A stretch of 64,000 nt of DNA from Clostridia bacterium. Its GTDB lineage: Bacteria > Bacillota > Clostridia > Christensenellales > UBA3700. Made by a program: the position numbers and the translations under genes. Under the pieces are notes generated by a model, which worked only from the letters and a program-made list of their open reading frames with translations, made no database searches and was not told the origin of the DNA. The DNA is taken from positions 7,756 through 71,755 of the forward strand of contig JAIEDA010000004.1 in NCBI GenBank assembly GCA_029068165.1. The letters are read 5' to 3'. Positions 60,218 to 64,000 of the stretch are shown piece after piece; position 1 is the first letter of the stretch; every line of letters starts with the position of its first letter.

Positions 60218-61281
60218 TCCTTGCCCCTCTTGCTCTTTTTAATCTTCTTCACGTGTTGCGTCTTACGCTTGCCGTGTTTCAACTTGCCGCTAGGTTGTTC
60301 TTCCTCAACTGGTTCGACCGGTTTGCCCTCAAGCGCAGCTCTCTCTTCGGAAGTCAGCCACTTGTGCGTAAAGTCGTACATATCGAATACGCACGCTTCT
60401 TTATCGATTTGAGTACTATGCTTTTCGTTGTATCTTTGAGCGATTGCGCGCATAAGATCCTCGGCGGTGACTATATCCTCGCCCAAATCTATTCCCCTAT
60501 CGCGAAGCGCGTTGGCTATCTTGACCGCTCTAGGTATATCCAAACCCATCGCCTGCAACTGAATGGAGTGCTTAAAAAGCTGTTGCATAGGCTCGTCGTA
60601 GACGATACGCGAGTCGTTGAAAACCACTATACGGTTGGCAAATCTCGTAATCTCGTCAATGTCGTGCGAGATGACGACTATGGTAGGCGAACAGTGCGTC
60701 TTAAGATACTTGATAAGATTGAGTATTTGCTCTTTGCCGAACGGGTCAAGTCCTGCCGTCGGCTCGTCAAGAATAAGCATTTTGGGTCGCATAGCTATAA
60801 TGCCCGCTATCGCAACTCTTCTCTTTTGTCCGCCCGAAAGTTCAAACGGCGCTCTATCCTTTACCGCCTCATAATCAAGTCCTACCATTTCTATCGCTTG
60901 TCTGACCCGATTGCTCACTTCGTCCGCGCTCAAACCTAGGTTCTTAGGACCGAAAGCAACGTCCTTTTCCACCGTGTCGGCAAAAAGCTGATATTCGGGG
61001 TACTGAAAGACCATACCAACCTGACTTCTAAGCGCGCGCAAGTTGACTTTGGGGCGCTTATCAGGAGTGAGTTTGACGTCGAAGATTTGTATCTCGCCCT
61101 CTTGTGGTTTGATAAGACCGTTTAAGTGTTGGATAAAAGTCGACTTTCCGCTTCCGGTATGACCTATTATCCCGAGAAAATCGCCTTCGTTTATTTGCAA
61201 GTTGATGTTGTTGAGCGCCTTTCTCTCGTAAGGAGTCTTAGCGCTATACGTAAAAGAGAGTTTGTTTACAGTAACTGGCAT
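60214..61281 (-). CDS. ecfA2: ECF transporter ATPase A2 with C-terminal extension
   Basis: GHTGSGKST, FQYPEYQLF, PFELSGGQKRR, LDEPTAGLDP. Confidence 0.93.
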   Translation of the reverse strand: MPVTVNKLSFTYSAKTPYERKALNNINLQINEGDFLGIIGHTGSGKSTFIQHLNGLIKPQEGEIQIFDVKLTPDKRPKVNLRALRSQVGMVFQYPEYQLFADTVEKDVAFGPKNLGLSADEVSNRVRQAIEMVGLDYEAVKDRAPFELSGGQKRRVAIAGIIAMRPKMLILDEPTAGLDPFGKEQILNLIKYLKTHCSPTIVVISHDIDEITRFANRIVVFNDSRIVYDEPMQQLFKHSIQLQAMGLDIPRAVKIANALRDRGIDLGEDIVTAEDLMRAIAQRYNEKHSTQIDKEACVFDMYDFTHKWLTSEERAALEGKPVEPVEEEQPSGKLKHGKRKTQHVKKIKKSKRGKE

Positions 61282-62117
61282 AATCTATCTATCAACTCCT
61301 CGTCTTTTACTACGACGTCGCCCACGTCGATACCTACTTTTTTAAGAGAGATCGCAAGTTGCGTTTCCCAAGGCACGGCGAGTTTTATTGCCTTCAACTC
61401 GTCGTAATGCTTAAATACTTCCGCCGGCGTATCGTCGAAAGCAATTCGTCCCGCGTCGAGGACTATAAGCCTGTCCGCATTGAGCGCCTCTTCCATAAAG
61501 TGCGTAATGTGTACTACGGTGATGCCCTCTTGCTTATTAAGTTCGTGCGCAACTTTGAGAACTTCGCTCCTACCCTTAGGATCTAGCATCGCCGTCGATT
61601 CGTCCAAGACGAGTATCTTTGGAAGAATAGCCAGCACGCCCGCGATAGCAAGACGCTGTTTTTGACCGCCGCTCATCTTGAACGGAGTGCTCTTCCTATG
61701 CTCTAGCATACCTACTTTGGAAAGCGCCCATTCTACTCTACGCTCGATTTCGCTTCTTTCTATTCCGAGGTTTTCGGGTCCGAACGCTACGTCGTCCTCG
61801 ACGATAGAGGCTATCATTTGATTGTCGGGATTTTGAAAAACCATACCCACGCTCTTGCGAATTTCGTAGATTTTGTCTACGTCCAACGTGGAATTTCCGA
61901 ATATCTTAACGTCGCCGCAGGTCGGTAAAAGCAAGCCGTTGAGAAGTTTGGCAAGCGTAGACTTACCGCTTCCGTTGTGTCCAACGAGCGCGACGAACGT
62001 CCCCTCTTCGATATGCAAAGAAAGGTTTTTGAGCGCGTCGACGCGGTAAGCGTCGTTGACGTTGTATGAATACGAAACGTTCTCAAGCGAAATAGCCATA
62101 TCCCGACAGTCACCCAT
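61266..62117 (-). CDS. ecfA1: ECF transporter ATPase A1
   Basis: GHNGSGKST, FQNPDNQ, MSGGQKQR, LDESTAMLDP, ITH. Confidence 0.94.
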   Translation of the reverse strand: MGDCRDMAISLENVSYSYNVNDAYRVDALKNLSLHIEEGTFVALVGHNGSGKSTLAKLLNGLLLPTCGDVKIFGNSTLDVDKIYEIRKSVGMVFQNPDNQMIASIVEDDVAFGPENLGIERSEIERRVEWALSKVGMLEHRKSTPFKMSGGQKQRLAIAGVLAILPKILVLDESTAMLDPKGRSEVLKVAHELNKQEGITVVHITHFMEEALNADRLIVLDAGRIAFDDTPAEVFKHYDELKAIKLAVPWETQLAISLKKVGIDVGDVVVKDEELIDRLCQLL

Positions 62118-62320
62118 AATATTTTTTGTATTATATCATATAATCAAAAAAAACACAATAAATTGAGAGTACATTTTGACGCGCTCGCCGCATTGTAGAA
62201 CGTACGCTTCCAACTCAAGTCAAAGCCGAGCCAACTACAAAAGCCGCCGTCCTACGAAGCAAAAAATAATTTAAATCCATTGACTATTTACGCGCGCCTA
62301 TATTATAATAATCTAAGTAA

Positions 62321-64000
<1,680 letters not shown>

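Overview
Mostly core chromosome of an anaerobic, low-to-mid GC Firmicute. A gut Clostridia/Christensenellales-like lineage is my inference from gene content and style. About 45 CDSs are present. Carbohydrate genes: GH2 beta-galactosidase (truncated by the left edge), two tandem membrane-anchored GH30 enzymes, a fucose isomerase/aldolase/kinase operon and PFOR (truncated by the right edge). Nucleotide and nitrogen genes: class III RNR nrdDG with NrdR boxes, dUTPase, and GSIII + Amt-PII fusion + three-piece glutamate synthase. Transport and regulation: two two-component systems, ABC-F, ClC, a PuuR-like regulator with potABCD, MFS, ecfA1A2T-truA and a COG0523 GTPase pair. Also apgM, a DEAD-box helicase, a YmfI/FabG-like SDR, a Cys-rich HTH, a large repeat-bearing lipoprotein, ppx, five tRNAs (Arg, Met, two fMet, Glu) and a LysR/acetyltransferase/Fe-ADH/cyclophilin-fold/pnuC islet beside tRNA-Arg. 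I saw no transposase, integrase, CRISPR array or defence system. The most unusual signals are non-coding: three families of interspersed palindromic elements nested inside each other at 18.6-19.1 kb, with compensatory changes and strand-specific G-U pairing; a uORF-plus-terminator leader before pnuC; three apparently leaderless genes with identical promoter geometry; tRNA-Glu-derived tandem repeats; a GlnR/TnrA-type box on a type III GS gene; and apparent CATG/GGCC avoidance. All calls are from reading the sequence; no searches were run.
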